Below are positions 52,770 through 64,000 of a stretch of 64,000 bases of DNA, piece by piece. The position numbers and the translations under genes are program-made. The notes beneath the pieces were generated by a model. That model was not told the DNA's origin and searched no databases. It worked only from the letters and a program-made list of their open reading frames with translations. Source of the stretch: Flectonema sp. DT1601 (taxonomy: Eukaryota); NCBI GenBank assembly GCA_964019425.1, contig OZ025786.1:1054001-1118000 (forward strand). The letters run 5' to 3'. The first letter of the stretch is position 1; each line of letters opens with the position of its first letter.

Positions 52770-55610
52770 CTAAAATACAACTTCCTCTGTCGATGGTTTC
52801 TTAGAGCGATGTGGTAACTGTTGAGAACTCTTCCTCAAAGGTTCACTGATGTGAGTTATCTTTGAAGGTGATGGAGGATGTCTACCAGTAGGTGATTGAG
52901 GCCTCACTACTGCTGCCTCAAGAGACTGAATAGAGTGATGTTGACGTTTGATTTCATCTCTTAAAGCGTCTCGTTCATCATTCAGATTCTGAATGACGTC
53001 AGGAACAGCATCGTAGTCGGCAGCAATCGTAACTTCATTCGAAGGAACTAAATTGATTAGCTCGTTGATGTCATCCCCGGCTATGACGTCGTTTCCATTT
53101 ATCTCTTTTATCCTCATTCCCTTTTCTATTGGAATCCCTTCTCTTATTTCTACTACAGTCACACAGTCAACTATTAACCCAATTAGTTCCTCTTTAGCGA
53201 TAGTTGTCGTCTTTCTCTGAACGATATAACCTTTTTCTTTTAATGTGAATATGTTAGAAGACAGAGTTGCGTTTGTTGCTGCCAGTTGGTCGCGAACTAC
53301 TTTAAAGTCTGCCTGCTCCGCTTCAAAAGCTTCTTTTTGATCATCAACAGTTTTCTTATATTCCTCAATCGCTCGTATTTTCTTGTCGAGAAGTGAGACA
53401 GCGGTTTGCTCAGCGAAATCGTCTTTCCATTTGTTTGAATGTTCATGAGTGTTGATGTAGTCTGCTGAAAGGGTTTGAGGAGCGTGAGGTTCAGAGCCGT
53501 CTAAAAGAAGTCCCATCTTCAGAGCACACCCGACATTGTCTTCCTTACCCAACCAGTCGGTAGCAGTAAATCGGACGTACCTTGCGAGTACCGGCTCTGG
53601 GAAGGTTACCGTCACAGGTGTTGAAAAATCAACAACAGATGCCTGACTGTCACTTATAATGCTGCTGCTCCTGCTGCTGATTCCATCAAAGTGTTTCTCA
53701 AGTGAGATAACTGTACAGGGAATAGCAACTGAAGTAGAAACACTAATTTGATAATCAGTTATGTAGTTGGGGGTCATCGGGTGACCTGCTAAAACAACAC
53801 CAGCGACTGGCTGCACCGCACCAATATCAATAGTGTAGGAAGGAGACTTGTCAGCATTATGACTGACCCAGGCAAATTCTGAAGATAATCGACCTCTGTT
53901 ACAACCAAACCCCTCGCAGTGATTGTAAGCAGCTGAGGAAGCTACTCTGCAGTCATCAGCTACGTCTGAAATAAACCATTTCGGTTTTCTTGGTTTTAGT
54001 TCCTCTGCGGGTACGTCTTCAGCAGTCACCCCAGAGACTCCGAGTGCCAGGGACACTGCTGTCTTTAGTATTTTAACATCAAAGTGATTACTGTTTGATG
54101 ATATCGACACCACCCTTCCGTGTACCCACCCAGCTAAGACACTATCTCTTATAACCGCTCGTTCAACAAGACTCCCTATTTGATATTTATGGATTTCTCT
54201 TGGTTCAAAAACATCAGCTTTTACTGCAAGTTCGGCTCCGCTTTCGGTTGTTACTGAGACCCAACCGTCTACAGGATGGGATATTTTAACACGTCTCGTG
54301 TGAGTGTGTAAATGCGATGGGCAGATTTGAACTGAAGATCCCTGCGGTAGTTGAGTAACGAAGTCGCTGCTAACATCTTCACCTTCTCTGACAATCAGTC
54401 CTCGATCACCTCGGATTCGAAAAATGGAAATTCGTTTGGTTGGAGAATCCGGTTGCTGCTGCATGGCAGAAACAGTTTCACAGCTGGTGTCAGGACTCTG
54501 TACTGGTGAGAGCTGTGGTGAGGCTTCATTTTCGAGCATTTTTTGTAATTCTAATCTTCTCTCTGCTTGCTCTGCTTCATTAACTAAGATGTGATTTTCT
54601 TCTTGCAAGCTGTCCACTTCCTTTCGAAGATCTGTCACTCTCGATCTCAGAGTCAATAACTCGTGTCCATTCGCTGAATGCGCTTTTTCCGCTTCGGTTC
54701 TCTTTTCTCTCTCCGTTTCTATATCTGACTGGATTTTTTTCAACTCTGCGCAATGCTTTTTTTCAGCTTCGTTTAATTCCGTGTGATGGTCGTTATCGAC
54801 GTTTGACTTCTCATCCCTCAGCTGTTGAATCTCATTATTAAGATTATTAATATTGTTGTTGAGCTTACCAACTACTTCCTGCTGAGAAGCTTTATCCTTT
54901 GTGAGGTTTTGAATACTGTTTTTATGAGTAGCAGTGTCTGTTTTGAGGTTTTCTATTTCCTTCAAAAGATCTGATTTCTCACTCATAAGCAAGTTGTTTT
55001 GTGATGACAAGCCATCCATCTGAGACCGCAAAGCTTTCATTTGATTGCGAAGGTCTTCCTTTTCACTTCTTAGAAGTTCCTTGTCGCTTGTTGAAGATGA
55101 CAACAGTTTCTTCGCATTTGCTGTTTCCGCTTCCGCCTGTTGTGTTTTGGTATTTAATGCGTCCACTTCTTTTTGTGATTCTTCGCTGTTGTTTTGTATT
55201 TCACAAGTTTTTTGATGAATTTCATTAGCAAGTTGCTCTGACGTTGCGATCAGCGCTTCTCGTTCTCCCTCGAGGGCAAGTAATCGACCTTCTGCGTATC
55301 CTACTTTTGGACCTTCAAAAGCTTTTTTTAACAGCGACATCCATTTCCTTTTCTCATCTTCGTCACTCGCGACCAACGTGTACGGGTGAGATAAATGCGC
55401 GCCAGTAATTGTAAATGCGTCGTTACTATCATCACTAATCTCTATTGGTCTGCTTAAGTCAACTGCTCCTCTTGGTGACTCTGAATAGTACCGAAGTCCC
55501 TGACCCCGAAGTTCAAACCATCTTGTCTGCTGTGTCTTGCCTCCTATCCCTCCTAGCTTCTTCAAGTTCCCCTCTCCCCAGTACTGCAGCAGCATTCCAC
55601 TTTCCCCCAT
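52770..55610 (-). CDS. Multidomain protein: PH, coiled coil, SH3b-like, F5/8-type C (discoidin), PDZ-like
   Basis: PH: GNLKKLGG...QTRWFEL...LRYY...LVASDEDEKRKWM. SH3b-like: LIVREG...LPQGS...GWVS. Discoidin: ASS...GRL...AW...IDIG...VAGV...PVLARYVRF. PDZ-like: KGMRIKEING. Confidence 0.75.
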   Translation of the reverse strand: MGESGMLLQYWGEGNLKKLGGIGGKTQQTRWFELRGQGLRYYSESPRGAVDLSRPIEISDDSNDAFTITGAHLSHPYTLVASDEDEKRKWMSLLKKAFEGPKVGYAEGRLLALEGEREALIATSEQLANEIHQKTCEIQNNSEESQKEVDALNTKTQQAEAETANAKKLLSSSTSDKELLRSEKEDLRNQMKALRSQMDGLSSQNNLLMSEKSDLLKEIENLKTDTATHKNSIQNLTKDKASQQEVVGKLNNNINNLNNEIQQLRDEKSNVDNDHHTELNEAEKKHCAELKKIQSDIETEREKRTEAEKAHSANGHELLTLRSRVTDLRKEVDSLQEENHILVNEAEQAERRLELQKMLENEASPQLSPVQSPDTSCETVSAMQQQPDSPTKRISIFRIRGDRGLIVREGEDVSSDFVTQLPQGSSVQICPSHLHTHTRRVKISHPVDGWVSVTTESGAELAVKADVFEPREIHKYQIGSLVERAVIRDSVLAGWVHGRVVSISSNSNHFDVKILKTAVSLALGVSGVTAEDVPAEELKPRKPKWFISDVADDCRVASSAAYNHCEGFGCNRGRLSSEFAWVSHNADKSPSYTIDIGAVQPVAGVVLAGHPMTPNYITDYQISVSTSVAIPCTVISLEKHFDGISSRSSSIISDSQASVVDFSTPVTVTFPEPVLARYVRFTATDWLGKEDNVGCALKMGLLLDGSEPHAPQTLSADYINTHEHSNKWKDDFAEQTAVSLLDKKIRAIEEYKKTVDDQKEAFEAEQADFKVVRDQLAATNATLSSNIFTLKEKGYIVQRKTTTIAKEELIGLIVDCVTVVEIREGIPIEKGMRIKEINGNDVIAGDDINELINLVPSNEVTIAADYDAVPDVIQNLNDERDALRDEIKRQHHSIQSLEAAVVRPQSPTGRHPPSPSKITHISEPLRKSSQQLPHRSKKPSTEEVVF

Positions 55611-57930
55611 GCTGATGTGCTACTGGGACAGGAGGTACCTTTAAATGCCGTAATTAAATATAAAACGATTCCAAACTGAAAATATATAAACGAAAACAAG
55701 GATCGACCAGAGGTTGCAAGAATTGAAGGTCACAGAACTACATTGTTGAATTGTTATTCCTGCGTGTCTGATGAGAAAGAATTTTTAGCAAAAAAAAGAA
55801 AAATTGCATTCACCAGCTCAAAACTGCAATACGCGTTGCTGACGATACAAAGGGAGATGAACGTGTTTGTGCAAGAGGGTTCTCTTTTTATTATTTTTTT
55901 TTTTTTATATTGTCAATTACCAGTTCGTGAATTCGTTCATTGTGCCTTTTATTGATAGGATGGGAAATTCTGCAAGAAACAGACAGCAAAAAAAAATTTT
56001 AAAAAAAATACCACGAATCCCAAAACACACAACGGGTTATCTAACCGCCAATTCCATTAACAAGAAATGAAAATGCTTCTTATTTTTATAATTAAAAATA
56101 AGATTCGCATCGAACTAGACTGACGACTAACGGAGACGTTCCTAGCACGAAGTGTTTGTGTTGGAAATCAACGGTTTTATCCGTTCCCTTGTTGCTTGTT
56201 TTTCCCACAGTAAAATTTACACAAAAACCTGATCAATAAGAAGCTGCAAAAACAGACAAAAACAAAAACCGAAACTGGTTCTTTGGCTTTTTTTTAATTT
56301 AAAATGACAATTTTAACAATGGAAGTAGGGAAAGGGAAAAGGGGGGGGGGGAAATGGGTTTCCAATGTTGTATCCAACTTTTTCTTTCTTTTTTTTTTTT
56401 AAAAAAAAAAAAAAAGGAAAACAAATTAACCTTCCCAACGTAAACTTTTTGACAATTTGTCAGAAGAAAAATGGGCAAGTAGTCGTCGTCGTCGTCATTT
56501 TTTTTTTTTTTCTCTCCCCCACACTACATAATTGCTTTCCAAAAAACAAATGCAATGCAATGACTACATAAAACAGAATCAACCATTTCAGCAACACTTT
56601 TTTTTTTTTTTTTTTTCGATAGAAACCTTAATAAAAAAAGGGGAAAGGATGAGGAAGGGGAAAGACAATACATAGATTATATTTTCAATTTATTCTTTTT
56701 TTTTTTTCTTCTTGTAAAAAACAGCACATTCTTTTAACACCTAAAAAAAGAAAAAAAGAGGAGGCTGACTACACGAATAGCAACACTTTCTTAGGGAAAT
56801 ATTAATTTAACAGTGACGCTTATAAAACATTGTTTTTTTTTTTTCCTTCTCCGACTTTTTTTTTTTTTTTTTTTTTTTTTTCGACCAGCTGGTGGTAGTT
56901 TCAGAAGAAAGGGCTGCCAGCTAATCGGACAAACCTTAACACAAAAAAGAATAAAAAAAAAAAAAAAAAAAAAAAAAAGAACGACTCGGGGGGAAGAAGG
57001 GCTTCTTGATAAGCGCATAGCATGTAACAGAAAGCAAACAAAGGCAGAAAGTGGTGGGAAGTTGGACATTTTTTTTTTTTTTTTTTTTTGACAAGAGCGC
57101 AAGGATGGTAAGTAAAGAATGTTGGGGGGTGAGGAGGAATTGAAAAAGAAGAATGAAAAAACAAAGAAATTACAACCGTTTGTAAGAATCCGACAAAAAC
57201 AATTTATGTAAACACCAACCGGCGTTAATATACAAAATATGTTTCATGGATTCTTAAAAGAATTAGAGTACAGCAGTCAAACAAGAACTACGCATAGTCT
57301 TGTCTCGGTAATGTATTTTTAACGCTAATAACACCAGCGTGTTTTTTTACAAAAAACAAAAACAAAAAAAAAAAAAAAAAAAAGACAAAAAATAAGATCA
57401 GAAACAGTATAAAAACTAATTATTCATGTTTTACATTTTGAGGGGGGCGGGGTGGGGTATGTGAGACGTATTTAATACGCAAATCTCTTTAGGGAATGTG
57501 AAAGATTGAGATACAATTATTTCTTAGCGGCTGAGAAAACAACCAGCTTTTGTCTGTAGCATAGCAAAAAAACGAAAAGAAAGGAACACACCCTTCCCAC
57601 AAGCAGTTTTGCAAAACTGAAGCAACAAAAAAAAAAAAAAAAAAAAAATTCTTCGAAATGCGAATAATAACCACATTCGGTTATTAATTTCATACTTTAA
57701 AATATAATAAGTCCCTACAAAAAGTAAAAATAAAATAAAATGGGGAGGGGAGTACTCAAGGGTGAGCATATACATTACAACATATAATTCAACGTAACAG
57801 AGTTGGAATCTTTCCCTCCTTCGGCTTTCGGAGTGTGCAAACAAAGTTGCAACTTTGCATCATTTCGCACTTCAGGTCCAGACGGAAGTCATATAATCGT
57901 AAAACAGCCAAGTCAATAATTATTTTTTGA

Positions 57931-59496
57931 CTACATTCTCGCATCACTGTTGTTCGATCGTGTGAGTAGCTGTGTTTTTAGTGGATTTTTATTTTTTTTG
58001 TTTAACAATTCTTTATAAGACACAAAAATAAATAAAAAACCAACACCACACACCTTATAATCAGCTTTCTTTTGTACAAGTTGTTCAGAGATTCCCCGAG
58101 GCAAAGATCCCTCTTCCAACTGCATTCCATTGTGTTGCTCCCAAGCAACCCACTTAACCATTGCCTCTTTCAGACTGAAGGTATCATTCCAGAGACGAAG
58201 TTTCCACACGTCATTGTAATACCTGATTGATTGGTGTGTTTGTTTGCTAACCATTTTGATTATACGGAGAGAGAAGTAATTAAATAATAAAACAACATAC
58301 CGTTGGTCATCACATCCTCCGAATATGTACATGTGATCTTTCCATACTACAGAGCAAGCACCTGATCTGAGACATGGTCCTTCTTGAAAAGCTGGATGGG
58401 GTTTAATCTCAGTCCATTGCTTTGTGTTGAAGTCATATTCGTGTACATCAGAACGATAACTGCCGCAATACCCACCAAAGATGTACATCGCATTGCGAGA
58501 TTCGTCATATGCTGCGCAGTGAACGTAACGGCCTTCAGGAGGTTTGTTACGAGACTCCTCAAGCATCCATCGTCGTGTTTTTATATCGAGACGTAGAAAA
58601 GTTGAATGATAATGTCTTCCATCAATTGTACCTCCCAATACGTACATAGAGTCTGTGTGAGGATTGTATATCGCTGTGTGACCAAATCCTCTAACGCAGT
58701 CTCGTACTTGTTGAGCAGTTCTGACTGGGGATTCATCTGTTGATTCTTTAGACCAGTCTTGAGGAAGTGACTTGTCAGGAAATGGTCCGCAGACATCACC
58801 GTCAGATCCAACAAATAGACATTCCAACTTCTCAACAACCTGTTCTACGAGATCAATTTTAAAAGTGTTGCAATCACAACCCGCATCAGTCATCCCACCA
58901 AATAGAAAAACTTTATTCCCCGGAGCTAATACGGTAGTGTGACCATATCTTGAAGAGACCTCATCAATACCTGCTGCTTCTAGTTTCGACCACTTGCTAG
59001 TCTGAAAATCAAATTTCCACGTTGAAGCATCTCGACAGCAACCTGGTGATGCCACAAATGACTTCCCAGTAGCACCACCAAAGATATACAGAGCTTCCTC
59101 CGTTGTGACTGACGCATGAGATGATCTCGCACAAGGTGAGAGCTGCTCGTCAGTAAAACCCGAATCAATCCACCGTTCTCTTGTTAAGTCAAATCTCGCG
59201 ACATCGTTATATTTCCTTCTCATATCGTAATTTTGTCCCCCAAACATCACTAAGGTACCTCTCCGAGCGTCAATCCCAACAGTATGCCTACCTCTTGTCG
59301 CTGGTCCTTCGCCCGGATTAATTTGCTTCCATTTATATACTCTCGGTGGGATGCTTTTCTTTGCCGCTGGTGTCTCACATCCTGCTGGTGTGAGTTCCTC
59401 ACTTTGCCGTGGTGTTGTAGAAGACACGGGGGAGATAACAGGGGATACAACCGGAATTTCCGGGGTATCATTTTCTACAGGATCATTCCCCTTCAT
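57931..59496 (-). CDS. Kelch-repeat protein with C-terminal BC/SOCS-box-like motif; introns 58223-58300 and 57970-58053
   Basis: Repeated RxxH...(Y/F)xFGG blades, 'SLKEAM...LPRGI' tail, two in-frame GT-AG introns (spliced DDQRYYNDVW). Confidence 0.85.
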   Translation of the reverse strand: MKGNDPVENDTPEIPVVSPVISPVSSTTPRQSEELTPAGCETPAAKKSIPPRVYKWKQINPGEGPATRGRHTVGIDARRGTLVMFGGQNYDMRRKYNDVARFDLTRERWIDSGFTDEQLSPCARSSHASVTTEEALYIFGGATGKSFVASPGCCRDASTWKFDFQTSKWSKLEAAGIDEVSSRYGHTTVLAPGNKVFLFGGMTDAGCDCNTFKIDLVEQVVEKLECLFVGSDGDVCGPFPDKSLPQDWSKESTDESPVRTAQQVRDCVRGFGHTAIYNPHTDSMYVLGGTIDGRHYHSTFLRLDIKTRRWMLEESRNKPPEGRYVHCAAYDESRNAMYIFGGYCGSYRSDVHEYDFNTKQWTEIKPHPAFQEGPCLRSGACSVVWKDHMYIFGGCDDQRYVVLLFNYFSLRIIKMVSKQTHQSIRYYNDVWKLRLWNDTFSLKEAMVKWVAWEQHNGMQLEEGSLPRGISEQLVQKKADYKVCGVGFLFIFVSYKELLNKKNKNPLKTQLLTRSNNSDARM

Positions 59497-59848
59497 TGTT
59501 CTAAATGAACCTGTTGTAAGAAAAATTGTAAAGTCAACAACTACTTAAAATACCACACGCGGTGAGGCTTTCTCAATTTATAATAAACAAGTGATCTCGT
59601 TATTGTCCCTTACAGAGCAAAGCGTAGTCTTCAGGGTGTTTGGTTGATGAAAACAGAGGTTCTTATATCACAAGCAGGTAGACCCGTCAATTGCATGCCA
59701 GGAGATATTATTATTTCCCTAAATTATCCTTTGTAACAATAGGATGTTAGGAGGTTGTCTGAAACGAGAAACTCGTTTCTTGTAAGTTTTTCCTCCCTTT
59801 AAATAAAAGAGCGAGTGCTGATTTTAAAAAAACAAGCAAAAAAAAAGA

Positions 59849-62800
59849 TTTTTTTTTTTTTTTTTTTTTGAGTGCATCACGACCCGTGAGTCTGTGATGC
59901 TGATTGCGCTGTTAGGCGCGGTTGTTCTTTTTCTTTCTTTCTTTCTTACTTTCTTTGTTTTGGGGGTTGGGGGTGGGAATCCCGTAGGCTTCGTATCTCC
60001 TTTCTTTGTTTTGATAACTTAAAACTAATACTACATAATTAATTGTCCACTTGGACGACTTCAGATGTGTTGCAATGATGCCTTCAATGTTGATATTCGA
60101 AATGTCGATGTTTTAATAATACTACCGTCCTAATAGTTGTGCCAGTCTGTCTAAGGTTGTGACAAAACCAGTCATCTGCTGTTGATTCGCAGGTAAGTAG
60201 CAGTCCTCCAGTTGGCATGCTTCCTCTCCCTTGTCATTCATCATGTGACTGATGTATTTTTCTCTCAAGGTTTCTATACACCAATGTTCGCATATAAATA
60301 ATACATGATGTGCTGTCGCCTTTCCAAGTTTACAGAAAAAGCACAGCTCGTTCAGTCCTTTGATTATCAGAGTTCTGCAATGTCCCACTCTAAAGCGTGA
60401 CATCAGTACTTCCTCTGGTCGTGTTAGAGCTTCGATGTACGGAGGGTGTCTTACCTCTCCCGGTCCGATCCAGTTCTCCCGTTTTCTCCGCTTGTGAAAC
60501 GTCATCAATGTTCCCATGTCAAGTTGAGTCGGCAGTTGTTTAATAATAACATCTTCGTGAGGTGGATCTTCCTTCAGGCCTGCAGCGAATTTCGCCAGTT
60601 GGTCCGCTACTTCGTTGTACCGCACGTTTCTGTGTGCCGGTACATACTGCATGTTGACTTGGATTCCCTTCTTCTCCAGTTTCATTGCCAACTTCCAGAT
60701 CTTTTTGTTCATTGGGGACCTTTGTTTATATGGCCCTTGTTCCAATGCCTGCATGACTGACATCGAATCAGTCAACAGGTGCGTCGTTGTTGTTAGAGAT
60801 TCATGTTCATCCTCCGCCACCTGAACTAAATTTTCCAACGCCAGTTTTACTGCAATCTGCTCGGTCCTATAAGAGGAACCCGCTACTGGTATTTTATATC
60901 CAAGTAGACGCATCTTGCTTTCTTTTACTATGACCACAGCGGCAGCCGAGTCTGTCATGTAAGTCTCGGATTTGTGTCTTATCGACCCGTCAGTGTAGAC
61001 TTTCATCTCGTGAGTTGGTAGTTCAGCTTCTCGCTGTTCAGCCTCTTCCTTGTTACTTGAATATGTGAATCTCATCGCACTAGTACTTTTCCATGGAGGG
61101 AGAGTGTAGTGTTCTGGGTTCACTTCCAGGTTGGTAATGCTCCGGTAATTGTCAAGGCCAGGGACACCAGAGACATAGTCTATCCAGACATTCCATCCCC
61201 ATTTTGATTTTTGAAATAATTCTGAACTCCCTGTTCTCGTCAGCTTGCGAGTCGGTAAGAACGGACTTAATTTGAAACGTTCGTAAGTTCTACACATCTT
61301 ATACTGGATGTGTTCCTTCAGTCTTGGCGTGTCGGCTTCTTTGTATAGTCTCTGTAGTTTGGTGCTCCGCAGACATCCAGTTACCAGCCTCACTGCCCTG
61401 TTTACCAGTAATTCCAGTTGTTCGAAGCACTCTTTTGGTAACATCCAAGCAAAGCTTTCAACACCATAAAGCACCCTTGCTAACACCACCGTCACCAGTA
61501 TACTAATGAGTGTCCTCTTTCTGCAGCCTATCCTAGTGAGTCTAACCAACAAGCCTAGACCCTTGGAAGCAGCTGTCATCATCTTTTGAATTTGCGACTT
61601 AAAGGTTAACTTCTCGTCGTAATGTACACCCAGATACCGCACGGTATTCGTCTTGTGAACTTTTCGTCCAACCGCATAGGCAAATCCGTGTAGTCCGGGT
61701 CCCACTCTTTGCAGCATCTTATCTATTTCTGCCTTGTTGTGGACTTTCTTCAGTTGTGGGAAGCTGGCACTCATCTTCATTGTTTTCAGTACCGCCGGTT
61801 TATTCGGTAGCTTGACTTTGATCTTATGTTTTGGAACGACGTACAGGTGAGTGATGGCGAATTCTTCTTTTGAAGCTACAGTTGTTGAGTTATCATCCTT
61901 CACAAGGTTACTCATTTGTTCTGCCGTGGCCACCACATATTTAAATGTGTGTTCTTCAGAGTATACTACTACTGGGGACTTGTCATGTGTTCCACTTGGC
62001 CTCACGTGAATGTATTCCGTCTTGCCAGGGTTCTTATTGATTTTGATGTGTGAGTCAAGTGCCCACCTTTCAAATATTTTGACTGCGTTGTTAACCTTGT
62101 TTTCTAAACAGCTGACAGTGCCCGCGGTTATTACTATTCCAACATCATCTGCAAAGACAGTCGGTTCGTACATCTCTAGTTTATCTATCAAATCATTTAT
62201 GAAGATAGAGAATAACTGGGGTCCCAGCACGCTTCCTTGTGGCACCCCTACTCGAATGTTCCGGAATGCTCCCTTCACTCCATTCACCCTTGTTGAAATC
62301 TTCCTGCTAGTCAAGTAGTTTTGAACCCACCGTAGATATTTCGTTGGTAGTCCTATTTTGGACATCTTATTTAGAAGAGTTACCGGTTGAACTGCATCGA
62401 AGGCTTTTTGTAGGTCGAAGGTGATTAATATCGCTTCTTCTCCCATTGCCTTGGCACTTTTGAGTTTGTCTGTAACTATACAGAGATTTTCAATGGAATC
62501 CCGTCCTCGTTTGTAGGCTGCTTGCCTCGGATTCATTCTGTCTTTCAACAGGTGGTGCATCCGTTCTACGACCATTCTTTCAAAGAGTTTCGAGACGGTC
62601 GAGGTTAGTGCTATCGGTCTGTACGATAAGACTTGTTTCTTGTCTTTATCAGGTTTCAGTATGGGTATTACCATTCCACTTTTCCAGCACCTGGGTACTG
62701 CTGATCGTTGCCATGAGAGGTTGAATAGTCTTAGTAGTTGCTCGAGGAAAGCTTTTGGAAGTTGTTTTAACATCGAGTTCCAGATGTGGTCAGGTCCAGG

Positions 62801-64000
62801 TGCCTTCTTCTCCTTTGTTTTTGAAATTTGTCGTTCCAGTTCAGGCATTCCAAATTCCACCGAGTTGTCATCAGGTATTCCTTGTAAGGTTGGTTCACCG
62901 TCTTCGAATTTGAATTGGTCTGCGTATGTTTTGGTGAAGACATCTGCCATCTCCCGCGGGTCGGTTAATTCCTTCTCACCGTCGACAATCTTAGTAATTG
63001 AATGGTCCATCATTCTACCTTCCAGTTGTTTAACTTTTCTAAAGGCCCATCGGTAGTCCATTCCAGTCATGTCGCACTCAATGATCTTCTGTTTGATCAT
63101 ATTGATACCTCTTTCAATTGCTTCTGAGTCTGTCTTATCAGGGTCAGTCTCTGCCATTAAATCTTCCAATTCTGAATCCCTCACAGCGAAGGTACTACTT
63201 GACTTCTTGTTGTAGCCTGGGATGGCCCTTCTCGCTGCTCTCAGAATCTCGTTGTTGATCCTATTAGCTAGTTTCTGCACATTCTTAATTCTTTCTAATT
63301 TGGGCGCTGCCCTTTCCAACAATATTTTATAATAATTCCAATCGGCACAATGCCACTTCCATTTCCATGTTCCAGAACTCTCTTTTGAATATTCATCTGT
63401 TTTGATATCTTCGATTGTCAGTTTGAGCGGCAGGTGATCGCTGCCCCATCCCTTCATGAGTTCGATTTGTGCATCCAAAGAAATATCTAATGCAATTACA
63501 TCCGGAGAGGCTGAGCTCTGTGGTCTTGTGTGTTGTTGAGGTTTGTTTAGAATTTGAATTGCTGCTTCTAGTGACCAATCGTAGAAGCTGTTACCAGTAA
63601 TGTTCGTATTTCCATTTGACCAAGTTGAATGGTGTCCATTGATGTCACCCGCAATCAATGTGCCGGGCTCTGTTTTAAACTTCCATGTTGTTGCCTTGAT
63701 TTCAGGCGGGTGGTAAACATTGTGAATTGTCAATGGCGGATTAGATTGAAGTACTACTGTTAATATCTCAGTTTGGTCATGTGAGATGTCGGGGTGTTTT
63801 AATATTATCTTATTTAAATCATTTCTGACCAGAGTGACGAGTCCTCGATGACCTGACTTGATGGTGCTATCTCGCCTGTGGATTGCATACCCTTCAATAG
63901 CGAAGTGTTTTTCTTTAGATAACCACGTTTCCTGCAGTAGTACTACTTCAGGCTTTTCTTCTTTCAGTGCCCAGTTCAATCGAAAGTAATTTTCTGGTTT
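59849..64000 (-). mobile_element. Ingi/I-like non-LTR retrotransposon (family A), single intact ORF APE-RT-RNase H-CCHC (60122 to beyond 64000), 3' UTR and poly(A) tail
   Basis: APE: LQET, NVYHPP, GDINGHH, SDHLP. RT: APGPD, SYRPIALTS, DLQKAFD, GVPQGSVLGP, FADD, YLGV. RNase H: YTDGS, TEQ, TDS, VPAH...ADQLAK. CFFC-x8-H-x4-C. T-run 59849-59869 is the poly(A) tail. Confidence 0.95.

Overview
Eukaryotic, AT-rich protist genomic DNA with short GT-AG introns and long homopolymers. A euglenozoan, probably a diplonemid, is my inference from the same-strand gene clusters, cis-introns, 25-aa BspA-like LRR family, Ingi-like LINEs and a VIPER/TATE-like element. A plus-strand gene cluster (1-28.6 kb) holds an acyl-CoA thioesterase 3' end, Nup96-like, PPR, TPR, XPB helicase, a coiled-coil protein, DIM1, an STE-type kinase and two Ubl-LRR genes. 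It converges on a minus-strand cluster (47.6-59.5 kb) with a ChaA-type Ca2+/H+ antiporter, two multidomain proteins and a Kelch protein. The gap between them contains three truncated RNase H-bearing LINEs bracketed by a ~415-bp direct repeat, a tRNA-Pro(TGG), a young tyrosine-recombinase retrotransposon (gag-YR-RT/RH with A1...B1-A2-B2 split direct repeats) and a decayed PHD/RNase H relic. A near-complete APE-RT-RH LINE runs off the right edge. Four observations stand out. (1) All three LINE lineages with this RT segment carry an insertion between RT motifs 6 and 7 (~105-130 aa where complete), PDZ-like in two of them. (2) The YR element's B-A junction folds into a 17-bp G.U-containing stem with a hairpin-ribozyme loop-A-like internal loop at the repeat boundary, and a diverged solo A-B unit lies at 13.5 kb. 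(3) LSU rRNA fragments are scattered through the window. (4) Cis-introns have A-rich rather than pyrimidine-rich acceptors. All calls were made by eye from motifs; no searches were run.
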